Part shown: positions 25,421-37,619 of the stretch, one piece after another | How positions within the stretch are numbered: the first letter of the stretch is position 1 | Layout of the letters: each line of letters opens with the position of its first letter | Origin: Octopus sinensis | Taxonomy: Eukaryota | Assembly (NCBI RefSeq): GCF_006345805.1 | Contig: NC_043013.1 | Coordinates: forward strand, 7,130,001 to 7,194,000 | Direction of reading: 5' to 3' | DNA length: 64,000 nucleotides | The notes under the pieces: model-generated | Told to the model about the DNA's origin: nothing | Databases searched by the model: none | Seen by the model: only the letters and a program-made list of their open reading frames with translations | Translations under genes and position numbers: made by a program

Positions 25421-25422
25421 TA

Positions 25423-25626
25423 CTTTATTTAAAGCAGCAAAAAATTCAACAAAACCTGTTCATCGGACAGTTTCTGCTAGAAAAAACTGTCCGATGAACG
25501 GCAACGGGAAACTCAGAGTAACAGGTTTTGTTGAATTTTGCTGCTACTTTAAATAAAGCATATTACTCTACCACTGGTATTTGAGTACTCTTTTTCCACC
25601 TTGTTTCACATTTATGTGTTTACTCC

Positions 25627-25630
<4 letters not shown>
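25423..25630 (+). mobile_element. Penelope-like terminal repeat with inverted partial duplicate
   Basis: Palindromic arms at 25423-25473 and 25484-25558 in (TA)n context; the right arm carries a hammerhead-like motif. Confidence 0.6.
25487..25524 (+). ncRNA. Minimal type I hammerhead ribozyme-like motif (U4C core variant)
   Basis: CTGT-CCGATGA-ACGGCAACGG-GAAAC-TCAGAGTA-ACAG: stem I CUGU/ACAG, GUA triplet, palindromic stem III ACUC-A-GAGU. Confidence 0.55.
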
Positions 25631-25673
<43 letters not shown>

Positions 25674-25724
25674 GCACACAGGTTCATGTATATATATATA
25701 TGTATACGTATGTATTCTTTTATC

Positions 25725-26062
25725 TGTTTCAGTCATTTGACTATGGCCATGCTGGAGTACCGCCTTTAGTCGAACAAATCGACCCCAGGACTTATTTTTT
25801 GAAAGCCTAGTACTTATTCTATCGGTCTGTTCTGCCGAACCACTAAGTTACGGGGACCTAAACACACTAGCATTGGTTGTCAAGCGATGGTGGGGGGGAC
25901 AGACACAGACAGACACTCACACACACACACACATATCTATCTATCTATATATATATACGAAGGGCTTCTTTCAGTTTCCGTCTACCAAATCCATTCACAA
26001 GGCTTTGGTCGGCGCGAGGCTATAGTAAAAGACACTTACCCAAGGTGCCACGCAGTGGGACA
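25725..26062 (-). mobile_element. Family A SINE, head truncated
   Basis: Match to the family A consensus. Confidence 0.85.
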
Positions 26063-26329
26063 TGATGGATAGGCATATATTTTCAAACACACTCAAACAC
26101 AAAAAGGCAAAAGGTATAAATTGCACACGTTGTTCATGATTTGTCAGCTACATCTGTTTCGGCCGCGTTGTTTTAGCTCATTTTGTTTATACTTGCAAGA
26201 TGGTTTCATCAGGGTTTACTGTGTTGAAATAATGCATTGCAGTTTTGCAATATCTTTTCAGTTGAGCTCTTAATCATGGTGGATAAATTTTTTACGTTTA
26301 AACATCAATACCCTATACATAAGTGAGTA

Positions 26330-26585
26330 AGTGACCCCCTTCGGTCAGACACTGACCATGGGTTTGCACCTAGAGAGTTACCCTCTGAGGCACAAGTCTG
26401 GGCAAGGTTGTTTTTTATGGAAGACCAGCAGTCGCCCATGCATACCGGCCTCCCCTATCCACGTCACCGATGTTGTCCAAGGGAAAGGCAAAGGGGCCGA
26501 TACAGCTTGGCACCTGTGACGTCGCAACTCATTTCTACAGCTGAGTGAACTGGAGCAACGTGAAATAAAGTGTCTTGCTCAAGAC
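26330..26585 (-). mobile_element. Family E SINE 3' portion
   Basis: CTTGAGCAAGACACTTTATTTCACGTTGCTCCAG... ending GACCGAAGGGGGTC; same as 49288-49545 and 61808-62057. Confidence 0.8.
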
Positions 26586-26799
26586 CCTATACATACACAT
26601 ATATAAACACACATAAACATGCATGTTTGCGTGTGTGCAATTCGAAGAGTGGAATAAATTTCATGCTGTTTTGGATTTGGACAGATCCATTTGTCGGAGA
26701 AGAACGTGTGTAATGCTGCAAAGGCATCGCAAAAGCTTGCTCAGAGTTTCACGTTTCCGTTCGTCGGACAGTTTTGGTTGAGAAATATATATATAAGTG

Positions 26800-27190
26800 C
26801 AGGAGTGGCTGTGTGGTAAGTAGCTTGCTTATGAAGCACATGCTTCCGGGTCCACTCCCACTGCGTGGCACCTCGGGTCTTCTACTATAGCCTCGGGCCG
26901 ACCAAAGCCTTGTCAGTAGATTTGGTACACGGAAACTGAAAGAAGCCTGCCCGTCATATATATGTATGTGTGTGTATATGTTGTGTATCTGTGTTTGCCC
27001 CCCCCCCAACATCGCTTGACAACCGATGCTGGTGTGTTTAGGTCCCCTGTAACTTAGCGGTTCGGCAAAAGAGACCGGTAGAATAAGTACTTGGCTTCCA
27101 AAGAATAAGTCCTGGGGTCGATTTGATTCGACTAAAGCTGGTGCTCCAGCATGGCTGCAGTCAAATGACTGAAACAAGTAAAAGAGTATA
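26800..27190 (+). mobile_element. Family A SINE
   Basis: Match with a small internal deletion. Confidence 0.88.
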
Positions 27191-27309
27191 TATATATTTA
27201 GAGACAAACAGATAGATATGTCTTTGGCGGGGTATATGCATGTGTCCGTATATATATATACATGGTGCGGTGAATAGACTGTCGTCTAAATTACACAAAC
27301 ATATATATT

Positions 27310-27705
27310 AGGTGCAAGAGTGGCTGTGTGGTAAGAAGGCGTAGGAGTGGCTGCGAAGAGGTGGCTGTGTAATAAAAGCCTGTTTATCAACCACATAGAT
27401 CCGGGTTCTGTCCCGCTGCATGACACCTTGGCAAATGTCTTCTACTTTAGCCTCGGATCCGAAAAAAGCCTTGTGAGTGGATTTGGTAGATGGAAACTGA
27501 AAGAAGCCCGTTGTATATATATGTGTGTGTTTGTGTGTCCGCGATCGCTTTGACAACAGTTGTTCGTGTATTTACGTTCCCGTAACTTAGCGGTTCGGCT
27601 AAAAGGACCGAGAGAATAAGTCCTGGAGTCGATTTGTTCGATTAAAGGCGGTGCTCCAGCATGGCTGCAGTCAAATGACTGAAACAAGTGAAAGAGCAAA
27701 AGAAA
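27310..27705 (+). mobile_element. Family A SINE with reiterated head
   Basis: Repeated GAGTGGCTG(TG) starts followed by body and tail. Confidence 0.8.
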
Positions 27706-27812
27706 GTATAGATAGATATAAATTATGCAAATATATATATAGAGAGAGATACATATTTATAGATACACACACACACTTATTTTGATATTGGTATGATGTG
27801 ATATATATATAG

Positions 27813-27845
<33 letters not shown>

Positions 27846-27857
27846 CATATATAGATA

Positions 27858-27900
<43 letters not shown>

Positions 27901-28019
27901 TAGATAGATAGATAGATAGATACACACACACACATATATATATGTCTAAATTACGCAAATATATATATATATCGAGACAGTCAGACAGATAGATAGATAT
28001 GTGTGTGTATATATACAAG

Positions 28020-28858
28020 GAGCAGTGAATGAAATGTCTAAATTACGCAAACTGAAAATATCGCTGACATCACATTTTAAGAGATATATTTACCCAATTT
28101 TCATTAAAATATCTTGAAAAACTAAAGAGTAAATTTATTCAATAATATCGCAATTGGCTTCAACCACAGCCTCCAGACGACTTCGGAATCCCCTGCAACT
28201 CTTTTGGGCGGTCTCCTGAATAAATCACATCATGATGCCGTTTTTCTCACAGACGTTGGTGAATACTGCCATAATCCTTGCTTTCAGTTCATCTTTGGTG
28301 TTACAAGGAGTTTTGTTGGTCTCTCACACATAATAATCAAGGGATTTGCAGTCTGGGGAGTTAGATGGTCAGATGTTAGGAGTGGTGTGGTCGCAGACAT
28401 TTTCTGACAGCCATGACTGGGTTTTCCTGCTTGTGTGGCATGGTGCAGAATCCTTTTGCCAGACATAGGGTCTTCAAGCAGGCATCCTTTTAACCCAGGA
28501 CAGCACGACTTCCTCCAGGCACTTGATGTAGTCCTCTGTGTTGAGTCTGAGGCCGTGTGGGAAGATGAATAGAGCCATAACGTCGCCATCACTAATGATC
28601 ACTCCAAATACCATGATGTTGACTGGATGTTTGATTTCTATCACTCTCGGTACATGTCCTCAGATTGACACCCAAACACTCTGAAATGTTCGTATTGGAG
28701 CTTCTGTGGCTGAGTGAATCGCATCATGATGCTGTTTTTCTCACAGACGGTGCACAGCTGACCCTACTATACTGTGTAGTCGACAAAATCAAAAACAAAC
28801 AATGCGAATGCGTGAAATTAAAAATATAAAATGGCGACAATTTTGCCATCCTACCCTG
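28020..28858 (-). mobile_element. maT-type (DD37D) Tc1/mariner relic, transposase pseudogene at about 28170-28660
   Basis: KHPVNIMVFGVIISDGDVM...WQKDSAPCHTSRKTQSWLSEN...NSPDCKSLDYY, 37 residues between the second and third Asp; in-frame stops. Confidence 0.85.
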
Positions 28859-28978
28859 TGGGTGTGTGTGTGTGTTTTAAAGTAAATTAAGAATAGCTGA
28901 TGAAAGTCATCGAAACGATAGGAAAAAAGATTGAATACAAATACAGAATTGTAGTATTGGGCTGAAATTACAGTGTGC

Positions 28979-29019
28979 CTGTGACTTCGATGTTTCGCCG
29001 CGAACGGTTCATCAGACAG
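28979..29019 (-). ncRNA. Type I hammerhead ribozyme with canonical core
   Basis: Minus strand CUGU-CUGAUGA-A-CCG-UUCG-CGG-C-GAAAC-AUCGAA-GUC-ACAG: canonical CUGAUGA and GAAAC, GUC triplet, 4-bp stem I, UUCG-capped stem II. Confidence 0.7.
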
Positions 29020-30989
29020 TCCAACTAACCTTTCTCTATGAAACTGAACTTTTAGCCTTCTGTCATAATTCTTTTCACAGCTATTATGTATTGTGTTAAT
29101 GTTAATTAAATCGACACCAATACTTGGCTCATATATTAGATCAAACCACCGAGTGACGAAAGGCAAAGTCGGCCTCACCTCGGCAGAATTTGAACTCATG
29201 ACTCCAAGTAACTAATACCACGAGTCTTTTAGTCTCCTTTCCAACGATACCATCTGTTTCATCTTAGCTGTTTAGAATGGAAAAGCAGTGTTGCTGCTAA
29301 TGAAATTTGAATGGTGAACAACGTGTCAAGCCTGAGATTAGTTTTTCTAATGGAAAAAATTTCAGTATGCATTTTGAGTCATTTGAGGCCAAACAGAGAA
29401 ATTTGGGGGTTATGAAAAGGTTTTAGTGTACGAAGAGAAAATTTAAGACGATCGTATGGTCGTAGAACAAGAAAGCTGTTGATAGTGACTCAAAATAGTA
29501 GGTATAATGAAAGTCAAAATATTTGTTATCACCGATATTCACATCTAAGTAGCACAATCAATGACCACAGGAGTTGGGAAACGTATAATCAATACAGACA
29601 AGCTTTCCTAGAAAATCACGTATCCCTTTTAGCCACGTATGGCTTTCGTCATATAAAGTATTATAATTTATAACAGTATATTATAAATTATTAATGTATT
29701 ATATTTATACGTAATAATATGCAATATCATTGTGTGTGTGTACAATGCATCGATGCATTATGTGCATTAATTATAATTTTCTGTAATGTGCCCATAAGCT
29801 TTAAGTGCTTTTGTACCAAAAATTGTATGTACAAAGTTGTTTAATGCACTGTAGTTTACTTATAAGTATAAAGGGAGAAAATATCTATTGTTGCTTTGGT
29901 TGTATTTTATAGTTTTAAATCGAAATATGATTAAATCTCGATCCGCTGGAAAGAAAACAACGCCATAGTCACTTATGACTCACCCGAAACGTGCAGTTTA
30001 TTCTGTAATTTATGCTAAAGAAATCTTTAGTAATAATTTCATTCGAGCTGGCATTCTTCCAACGTTTTTCTGGGAAGAAATAAACAGTCAATAGAATCGA
30101 TCCTCACGATATTACTGGTGCTTAATACATCGACTCCTGTGAGATAATATGACCTGATATCATAACCACTTGGGACAAAACTAATTCTATTTAGAATATG
30201 AACTATAAGTCACAAGGGACAATACAAAATGCGTATAATCTAGAACTCTACAGAATCTACCATTTATTTCAATAAGAAATAGTAATGATGGAAATTATAG
30301 CGATAATAATGATTCCTTATATTGGTACGAAGCCATATATTTATTGGCAAGACGAATGGAAGACTAGATCTTCCCAGTACACGCCTGATATTTATTTAAT
30401 CGATTTCACAAGTACACACGATGTAGTATTTTATTGCAGAAGTTTTAATTTAAAATAGTGTACACACAAATGTCCTGTGTAATTTTCTTTTGTTTCATGA
30501 GTTATGTATGAACTTGTGTTGTAAATTACCAAAGTTTCTTTTACTTTTTCTTAAGATTGGGTTTTTGTGCGGCGGATGTGCGTTTTTGTGCCAGTTGGTG
30601 TTCGGTTTCTCAAAAATTTCTCGGTATAACGTTATAAAGATGGCAGTTATAGGAAATTTTGCCGTAGGAACATTCACTGTTAAATATTTCGCTTTAAATG
30701 ACCTAATCGCGTTTTTTTTTTTTCTTCTTTTAATGTTTGACGTTGAATAAAGACTTGCCTATGTGGCTATCTTTCGATAAAGGTAAAGGCATAATGAAAG
30801 TGTTTGTTCAGCAATTTCCGTAATAAATTTTCATTTAATATTTTCTTCAGCTATTTGTTTAAGTACTGTATATGTATGTGTATACACGTACGTACACAAA
30901 TATAGATACACATAAACACATGCATGTATACGCAATAAATTCATAAACATAGTATTTACACAAATATACATACATACACAAAAATATAT

Positions 30990-31237
30990 GAATCTATTCA
31001 ATTTAACGGCCAGATTTTTTAATTGATTTTTTAAAAACTAAACACTTTGAAACTTCGGATACTGGTAGAATGTGTCACTGTTTACTCTTAACGTTTTTGA
31101 TAAAATTTTGTAATTTAGAAGTTATTTCGTGTTAAAGCTGTCGTATTTGGGTAATTTTAACCAATCAATGATGTGTAATCAGCTGAAGAAAATGAATGCA
31201 GCTGTTTGCGAACGACGGCTGTCAAATTGAATAGATC
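30990..31237. mobile_element. MITE with about 21-bp TIRs
   Basis: GAATCTATTCAATTTAACGGCC ... GGCTGTCAAATTGAATAGATC. Confidence 0.7.
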
Positions 31238-32348
31238 TAAATATATAAACGTAAGTGATTCAGCTGAAAATAAAATTAAAGAAATATAAATTTTGTATGG
31301 AAGTTGCCGAACGTACACTTTCATTATCCCAGCGCTTTTATAAAACCCTTTTTTCATTTTTTTTTTTCAAACTGTTGATATAATATGCGTTCGTTCATAC
31401 GGTGAATTTTCTGTATACAAAAGATGGCAACACATAGTTGCGAACTGTGGGCTTTGGCCACCCTGTGTGATAGCCAAATTGGCTGCCACCTTCTTTGAAA
31501 TATTACATACCCCAACTACAGCAAACATGCTTAAAATATGAAGTGGGCTACCCTGTAGTGTGCGCTCACACCACGCTCTGCCACTGGCGTCAGATTGTTT
31601 TGAAAAGATGCAGTTAACGTTATCTAATGCACGTTTGATAGGATGTCTGTCATAAATGGGTATCTTGGAGTGGAAGAAATGAAATCATAGGGCTGGAGAG
31701 ACTAGTGTGTTTTATGGTTGACCAAAATATTCGGATAATCCTTGTTGGAATCAAATTCAATAGCGTTTGCGTACCCAGAACACATATATACATAAAAACT
31801 CAGCAAGGGAGCTTCTATGCGTTCGCTCAACCTGCTAGAAATAGCAGTCGTTCCATTTTAGCAACCCCAAGCGGGGTGCAAATCAGTACAATGGGCCATG
31901 TAGTATTTATTGACAGCAAGCTGCAGCATATATGGATCAGAATTGGTTTCCTACACATGTGAGGCCTTCGGGCAACTGCCCAATAAGTCCATGTCTTCAG
32001 ACAGCACTGAAGAGCAGCCAACTGTCCATCAAATCATATCTATTTTTTTTAAAAAAAGGACATCTTGTTCAAGGCAGTTTAGAGAACATAGATTGAATAA
32101 AAGATGGGATGGTCAAACTAGCGTAGCTAGAGTGTGTGCTACCCAGGGCAGTCTTTCTGTTTGCCACCCCCGGACCCCACAAAAAACATATTGCCTATAG
32201 CAGACCCAAAAGTACTGCCCCACCTAGCTACACTAGTGGATGGTCATAGCTGGAATGCCTTTGACAAGGGCTTGACAACAACATATATAGACCATACACC
32301 ACAAGAGACTGATTGACTAAGGCTCATTAACTGTCATCTTTACACCTA

Positions 32349-32845
32349 ACGTAAATCCTCGAGTATAATCCGCCATTTTTTCCCCAAAATTTTAAGGTCA
32401 AAATCCCTAGTGCGTGTTATACACGAGGTTAAAAATGAAAAATATTTTCTAAGCAATGTCCGAGTCTCTATTTGCTGTTCGGCAATGTTTATTCAGATTC
32501 ATTTTGCGATGTTGGGCGCGAAAATACCTTTAGCTAAGCCTGAAAGCAATGAAGTCATAAAAGAATCATCCGTAACTTGCAGTAAGCAACATTTATTAAA
32601 CGTTATTACTGTTATTTCTATTTTCTGCAAACAAAATGCACAAAAAAGCTACACGTTTGCATTATGTTATATGTACAATAATAATAAAGGACATTACCAG
32701 AAACATTTTTACAAACCAAGGACGTTATATACACCTCCTTGACTCAAATTAGAGAAGGGGAGGGGCGTATTATACACAAGGTTTAGGTTTTTCAGAGGTA
32801 CAACCCCCTAAAAATCCCCTGCGTATTATACTCGAGGATTTACAA
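32349..32845. mobile_element. Tigger/pogo-like MITE
   Basis: TIR CGTAAATCCTCGAGTATAAT / ATTATACTCGAGGATTTACA, flanked by TA on both sides. Confidence 0.85.
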
Positions 32846-32929
32846 TATTTGCACTCATTAACATGTGTTTCTGCTCTGATGAAGTAACAAGCTGCATGCA
32901 ATCTCTGTAGAATCCCATTCAGTTTGTTT

Positions 32930-33110
32930 GCTGGTCCTTGTCTCATTTGTATCTCCACACTTCTTAAACCCTGCACCAAACCCCTCACTCAGATTCTCCT
33001 TACCACTGCAAATCTCTGGAATGCTCTTTCAGTCCTATATATCTTTGCATGTATCAGCCTGCAGCTGTTGAGACTTAATGTTAACTATCAACTTAACTCA
33101 TCTGCAAAGG
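32930..33110 (+). pseudogene. Degenerate CR1/L2-group LINE C-terminus
   Basis: TTANLWNALS...SLQLLRLNVN resembles the LWNxLP...LQxFKxxIN C-terminal motif. Confidence 0.4.
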
Positions 33111-33157
33111 TCATTCAAGATAATGGTTACCACTCCTACTAAATAATAATAATAATA

Positions 33158-33300
33158 ATGGATAACATCTGAAAACTTTAGAAAAATGCTACAATCTAGG
33201 TGTATTGCAAAAGTCAGCATTACTTGGAACTGCACACATATTGCGTAAAGTACTGTCTGTCTGAGGTCCTTGTTGTGACTTGACAAACAGTACAAACCCC
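33158..33300 (+). pseudogene. R4/Dong-like LINE 3' end
   Basis: LQKSALLGTAHILRKVLSV* matches the conserved C-terminus of RLE-type LINE ORFs. Confidence 0.7.
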
Positions 33301-33354
33301 CCGTAGACACAATATCTTTAATCAACAACTTTATGATATTGTATACTGTGTGAT

Positions 33355-33700
33355 CATCATCATCATCATCATCATCATCGTTTAATTTCCACTTTCCATG
33401 CTAGCATGGGTTGGACGATTTTGACTGAGGGCTGGCGAACCAGATGGCTGCACCAGGCTTCAATCTTGATCTGGCAGAGTTTCTACAGCTGGATGCCCTT
33501 CCTAACGCCAACCACTCCGAGAGTGTAGTGGGTGCTTTTATGTGCCACGGGCACGGGGCCAGTCAGGCGGTACTGGCAACGACCTCGCTCGAATCTTTTA
33601 CACATGCCACTGGCACAGGTGCCAGTAAGGTGATGCTGGTAATGATCACACTTGAATGGTATCTTTTACGTGCCACCAGCACGGAGGCCAGATAACTGCT
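33355..33700 (-). mobile_element. RTE 3' end (family C)
   Basis: (CAT)n tail then the conserved GGATGCCCTTCCTAACGCCAACCAC block. Confidence 0.88.
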
Positions 33701-34540
33701 CTAGCAACAATCACTGTGGTTTCACATTTTGGCACAAGGCCAGCAATTGTGAGTGGAGAGGATAAGGCTCAGCCTGCTAGAAATAGCTGTTAATTCACCT
33801 TCAAATCACCCCTTTCTATTTTCTTAAGAACACATTGGACTATTTGGATTTTGATGCACTGTGTTAAAAGGGGGGAAAAAATGAGATGGTGACATCTGAA
33901 ACATTTTTGATCACTATTATCTTCTGGCTCATGACTGACCTAGGACTAAACAATAGGACATCAGTCTATTATTGATGACAGTCCAGATAATCTAGATGTT
34001 CTTAATTAACTGTTGTATTAACTTTGTTGTTCAAATACTCTTCAAAATAAATCGTAGGATTCACGGAAACTAGTGATGGTCTATTTCAGCAGAAGTTTCA
34101 TGCTTGAAACATTTTTTTTTTTTTGTATTTTTTAAACTTTTTTCTCTTTACAAACAATCATAAATCTGAAGTGAAGAATAAATATAAAGCATGTGTGTGT
34201 GTGTGTGTGTGTTTTATTTGGCACAAAAACAAACAAAACAATGACCATCTGTTTCAACACAAGATAACATCAGGAATCTTACAAAGCAAATACATCTTTA
34301 CAAAATGTTTACTGGAAATTTGACCTTAAAACGCTTGATCTGATCTTCTAATGTCATTCATACCTACTAAGACATTTTAGCCAAATCTGCTCCGGTTACA
34401 TGCTAGGCATGTGTATATGTTTAAAAATGAATTTTATTTTTAGGGGCAAGCATGGCTGCATGGTTAAGAAACTTGCTTTGCAACCATGTGGTTTTGGGTT
34501 CAGTCCCACTGTGCAACACTTTGAGCAAGTGTCTTACATA

Positions 34541-35539
34541 CAAGATGTGTTCAAAAAGAATCCAACTTTTTCTTTATTTCCTGCCAAAACTAATGCCCCA
34601 TGGGCAAAATCGTTTTGTAGGGATGTGACACCACCCTTCTTGCACTTGCATGAAAATTTTCACGTCAGTATATTGTGTCAGTTTCCAGCTGTTATACTGA
34701 CATGCTTGCTGGATTTTCATTTTCACCAAACACATCAAGCAGAGCTTTTGCATCAAGTTTTGCCTAAAGCTTGGTGATACGCAAGTTTGAACCTGCCAGA
34801 AGATACAGCAGGCCTTTGTTGATGCTGCCATGGATGAAACTCAGATTAAGGAGTGTTACAATTGCATCTGATGTGGCTAGGTCTGGTCGGCGTTTGTGAG
34901 AGATGCAGCATTGAGGATGAATGAAGCCAGCTCAACCCACCCCGGGTGAATGCTGTCTCAAGACAAGAAGAAGAAGATGTGGCCACATTTCAGTGGAGAG
35001 TGAGGCACATTCAGGCAGGTCATTCACAAGCCAAAACAAGGAGCTGGGTGAGGAGGTTCAGCAAATAGTCATGGAAGACTATTGTGTAACAATCCAAGAA
35101 ATTACCCAAGAAGTGGGAATAAGCACAAGACCAGTGCAGTCCATTTTAACGGAGGATTTGTGCAAGTGGAGGGTGTTGCTGAAATTCATCCCCAAAATGC
35201 TGATGGAACAGCAGAAGCAACTCTGCGTGGAAATTGCTCAGAACCTGCTGGACCACAACCCAGACTTCTTGAAGACCATCATCTCTAGTGATGAGACATG
35301 GGTTTATGGTCTCTGCTCAATGTGTTTGGCCATCTTGTGTGAAAATGAAAATCCAGCAAGCATGCACTACATGTCTATACTCTCGGCATAACAGCCAGGA
35401 ACTAATGCGGCCAACTAGTGCAGAAATTGTCATGCATGTACAGGAAGAGTGGCATCACTTCTCACTCATATGATTTAGCCCATGTACCATTAGTTTTGGT
35501 GGTAAAAAATGAAGTTGGATACTTTTTGAATGCACTTCA
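34541..35539 (+). mobile_element. Mariner family 2 derivative with about 200-230-bp inverted arms
   Basis: TA-flanked; arms at 34541-34744 and 35311-35539; central transposase remnant VTIQEITQEVGIST...LKFIPKML...KTIISSDETWVYG. Confidence 0.88.
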
Positions 35540-35557
35540 TATATATATATTAGATAA

Positions 35558-35944
35558 GTGGAGGCAAATGGCCCAGTGGTTAGGGCAGCGGACTCGCGGT
35601 CATAGGATCGCGGTTTCGATTCCCAGACCGGGCGTTGTGAGTGTTTATTGAGCGAAAACAGCTAAAGCTCCACGAGGCTCCGGCAGGGGATGGTGGTGAT
35701 CCCTGCTGTACTCTTTCACCACAACTTTCTCACACTCTTACTTCCTGTTTCTGTTGTACCTGTATTTCAAAGGGCCGGCCTTGTCACTCTCTGTGTCATG
35801 CTGAATATCCCCGAGAACTACGTTAAGGGTACACGTGTCTGTGGAGTGCTCAGCCACTTACACGTTAATTTCACGAGCAGGCTGTTCCGTTGATTCGGAT
35901 CAACCGGAACCCTCGTCGTCGTAACCGACGGAGTGCTTCCATTC
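35558..35944 (+). mobile_element. Family B SINE, full length
   Basis: TSD ATATTAGATAA (35547-35557, 35945-35955). Confidence 0.93.
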
Positions 35945-37311
35945 ATATTAGATAAACACAAGCTTAGTGAGTATAAGGTGGAATACAAGATACAGAGTAC
36001 AAAATAAGAATTCAAAATAAACGAAAGGAATTATGCAATAGTTTTATCTCGACAGCTGTTTCAGGTGAATCATGGCTTATACCATAACCTTGTACATTAT
36101 ATAATGAAGGCTCATAATGTCAAAGGTGCATGGGATAACACAAGCTCTTATGGATTCATTAGGCGAGGCAATGTCACCCTCATTGAATGAATGTGGCTAA
36201 ATGCCAACACTATATATGTGTGTGTATGTGTCTATGTGTTTGTGTTCGTCCTTCCTACCTTTTGATAACCAGTGTTGGTTTTTTTACGTTCTCTTAAGCT
36301 GGCAGTTCAGCAAAGGAAAGTGATACAATAAGTATTAGACTTAAAATATAAGTACTGGAGTTGACTTGTTTGATTAAATCCTTCAAAGTGGTGCCCCAGT
36401 ATGGCCACAGTCCAATGTCTGAAACAAGAAAATGATAAAAGATCATAGTAAACAATAATGGCCATCTCCTTTAGAATATTACAGTTAGAATGATGAGATT
36501 GATCAGTTAATGTGCTGGCAGATCAATGTCTGCATAAAAAAAAGAAGAAAATTGTAGAATGCAAACTTGTTGGTAAGGAGAATTCAGTCCAGAATTCATG
36601 CAACAATGAACTCTATTAAATGCATCAAAGAACCAGGTAGTAATATTTAACCAAATCACCTGTTCGAACAATGCTGAATTTGGTAAATGAAGAGACTCTA
36701 ATTCAGAGAAGAAACTGTCGGCACTGATTTTCAGTACCCAACCTATTTGGTCGTTAAAGCGAATAGAGTTAATACTTAATCTCATTTCGTACACAATGTA
36801 TTTCTTTAGAAATATGGTAATGAAAGAATTAAGAGAAATACATTTATTTTTCCTGCTATCCATCCTACTCCGTTGGGAATTATTTCAGATCTATTCAGCG
36901 CTATAGAAAGTGGGAGTTATTAAACCCCAACCCAATTATCGATCTTTGTGTTTCTTAAAGTAAGGTAACTTAATGTTGCACAGCAATTTGCATAATTGTC
37001 ACAAACAGGCTTGTTTTGACATATTTATTCTAGCAATGCATTACCTGAATCTTCGGACAGCAATGATATAAAAAAGAAAAAAAACTTTAAAACCCCAAAG
37101 CTTTGTTCAAGGAAAAAAATTAGATGTTTGGAAGGTAGTTAATAAATCTTGTGATAATTTCAGGAAACTAGTCATTTAAAGAAAGCAGCAAACACATACA
37201 GCACATCTGTATATGCGAAATATATGTAGCTGAGACGAGACATCTCTAGTTTTAAGAAGACTCCTTTGGACAGTAAAGTTTTTAAATTGTTATTCATTTC
37301 ACTCAGAGGAA

Positions 37312-37508
37312 GTTTGGTGGGTAAAAATGAAGTTGGATACTTTTTGACTGCACTTCATGAATATATATTAGATAAACACAAGCTTAATGAGTATAAGGTG
37401 GAATACAAGATACAGAGTACAAAATAAGAATTCAAAATAAACGAAAGGAATTATGCAATAATTTTATCTCGACAGCTGTTTCAGGTGAATCATGGCTTAC
37501 ACCATAAC
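37312..37508 (+). repeat. Local duplication of 35490-36090 lacking the SINE
   Basis: Near-identical sequence with a single ATATTAGATAA at 37365-37375. Confidence 0.9.
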
Positions 37509-37619
37509 CATGTACTAATGTAATAAACCAATATATTTTAATAAATTAAAATTAGATCCTTCTTAAGGCATACAGTGGGGTGTGCATATGTTCTTTGGAA
37601 AACAGACATTAAACGATGA

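Noticed and set aside
28895-28922. CTGATGA...GAAAC hammerhead-like motif on the + strand
   Set aside because: No stem II pairing, no NUH triplet and no stem I.
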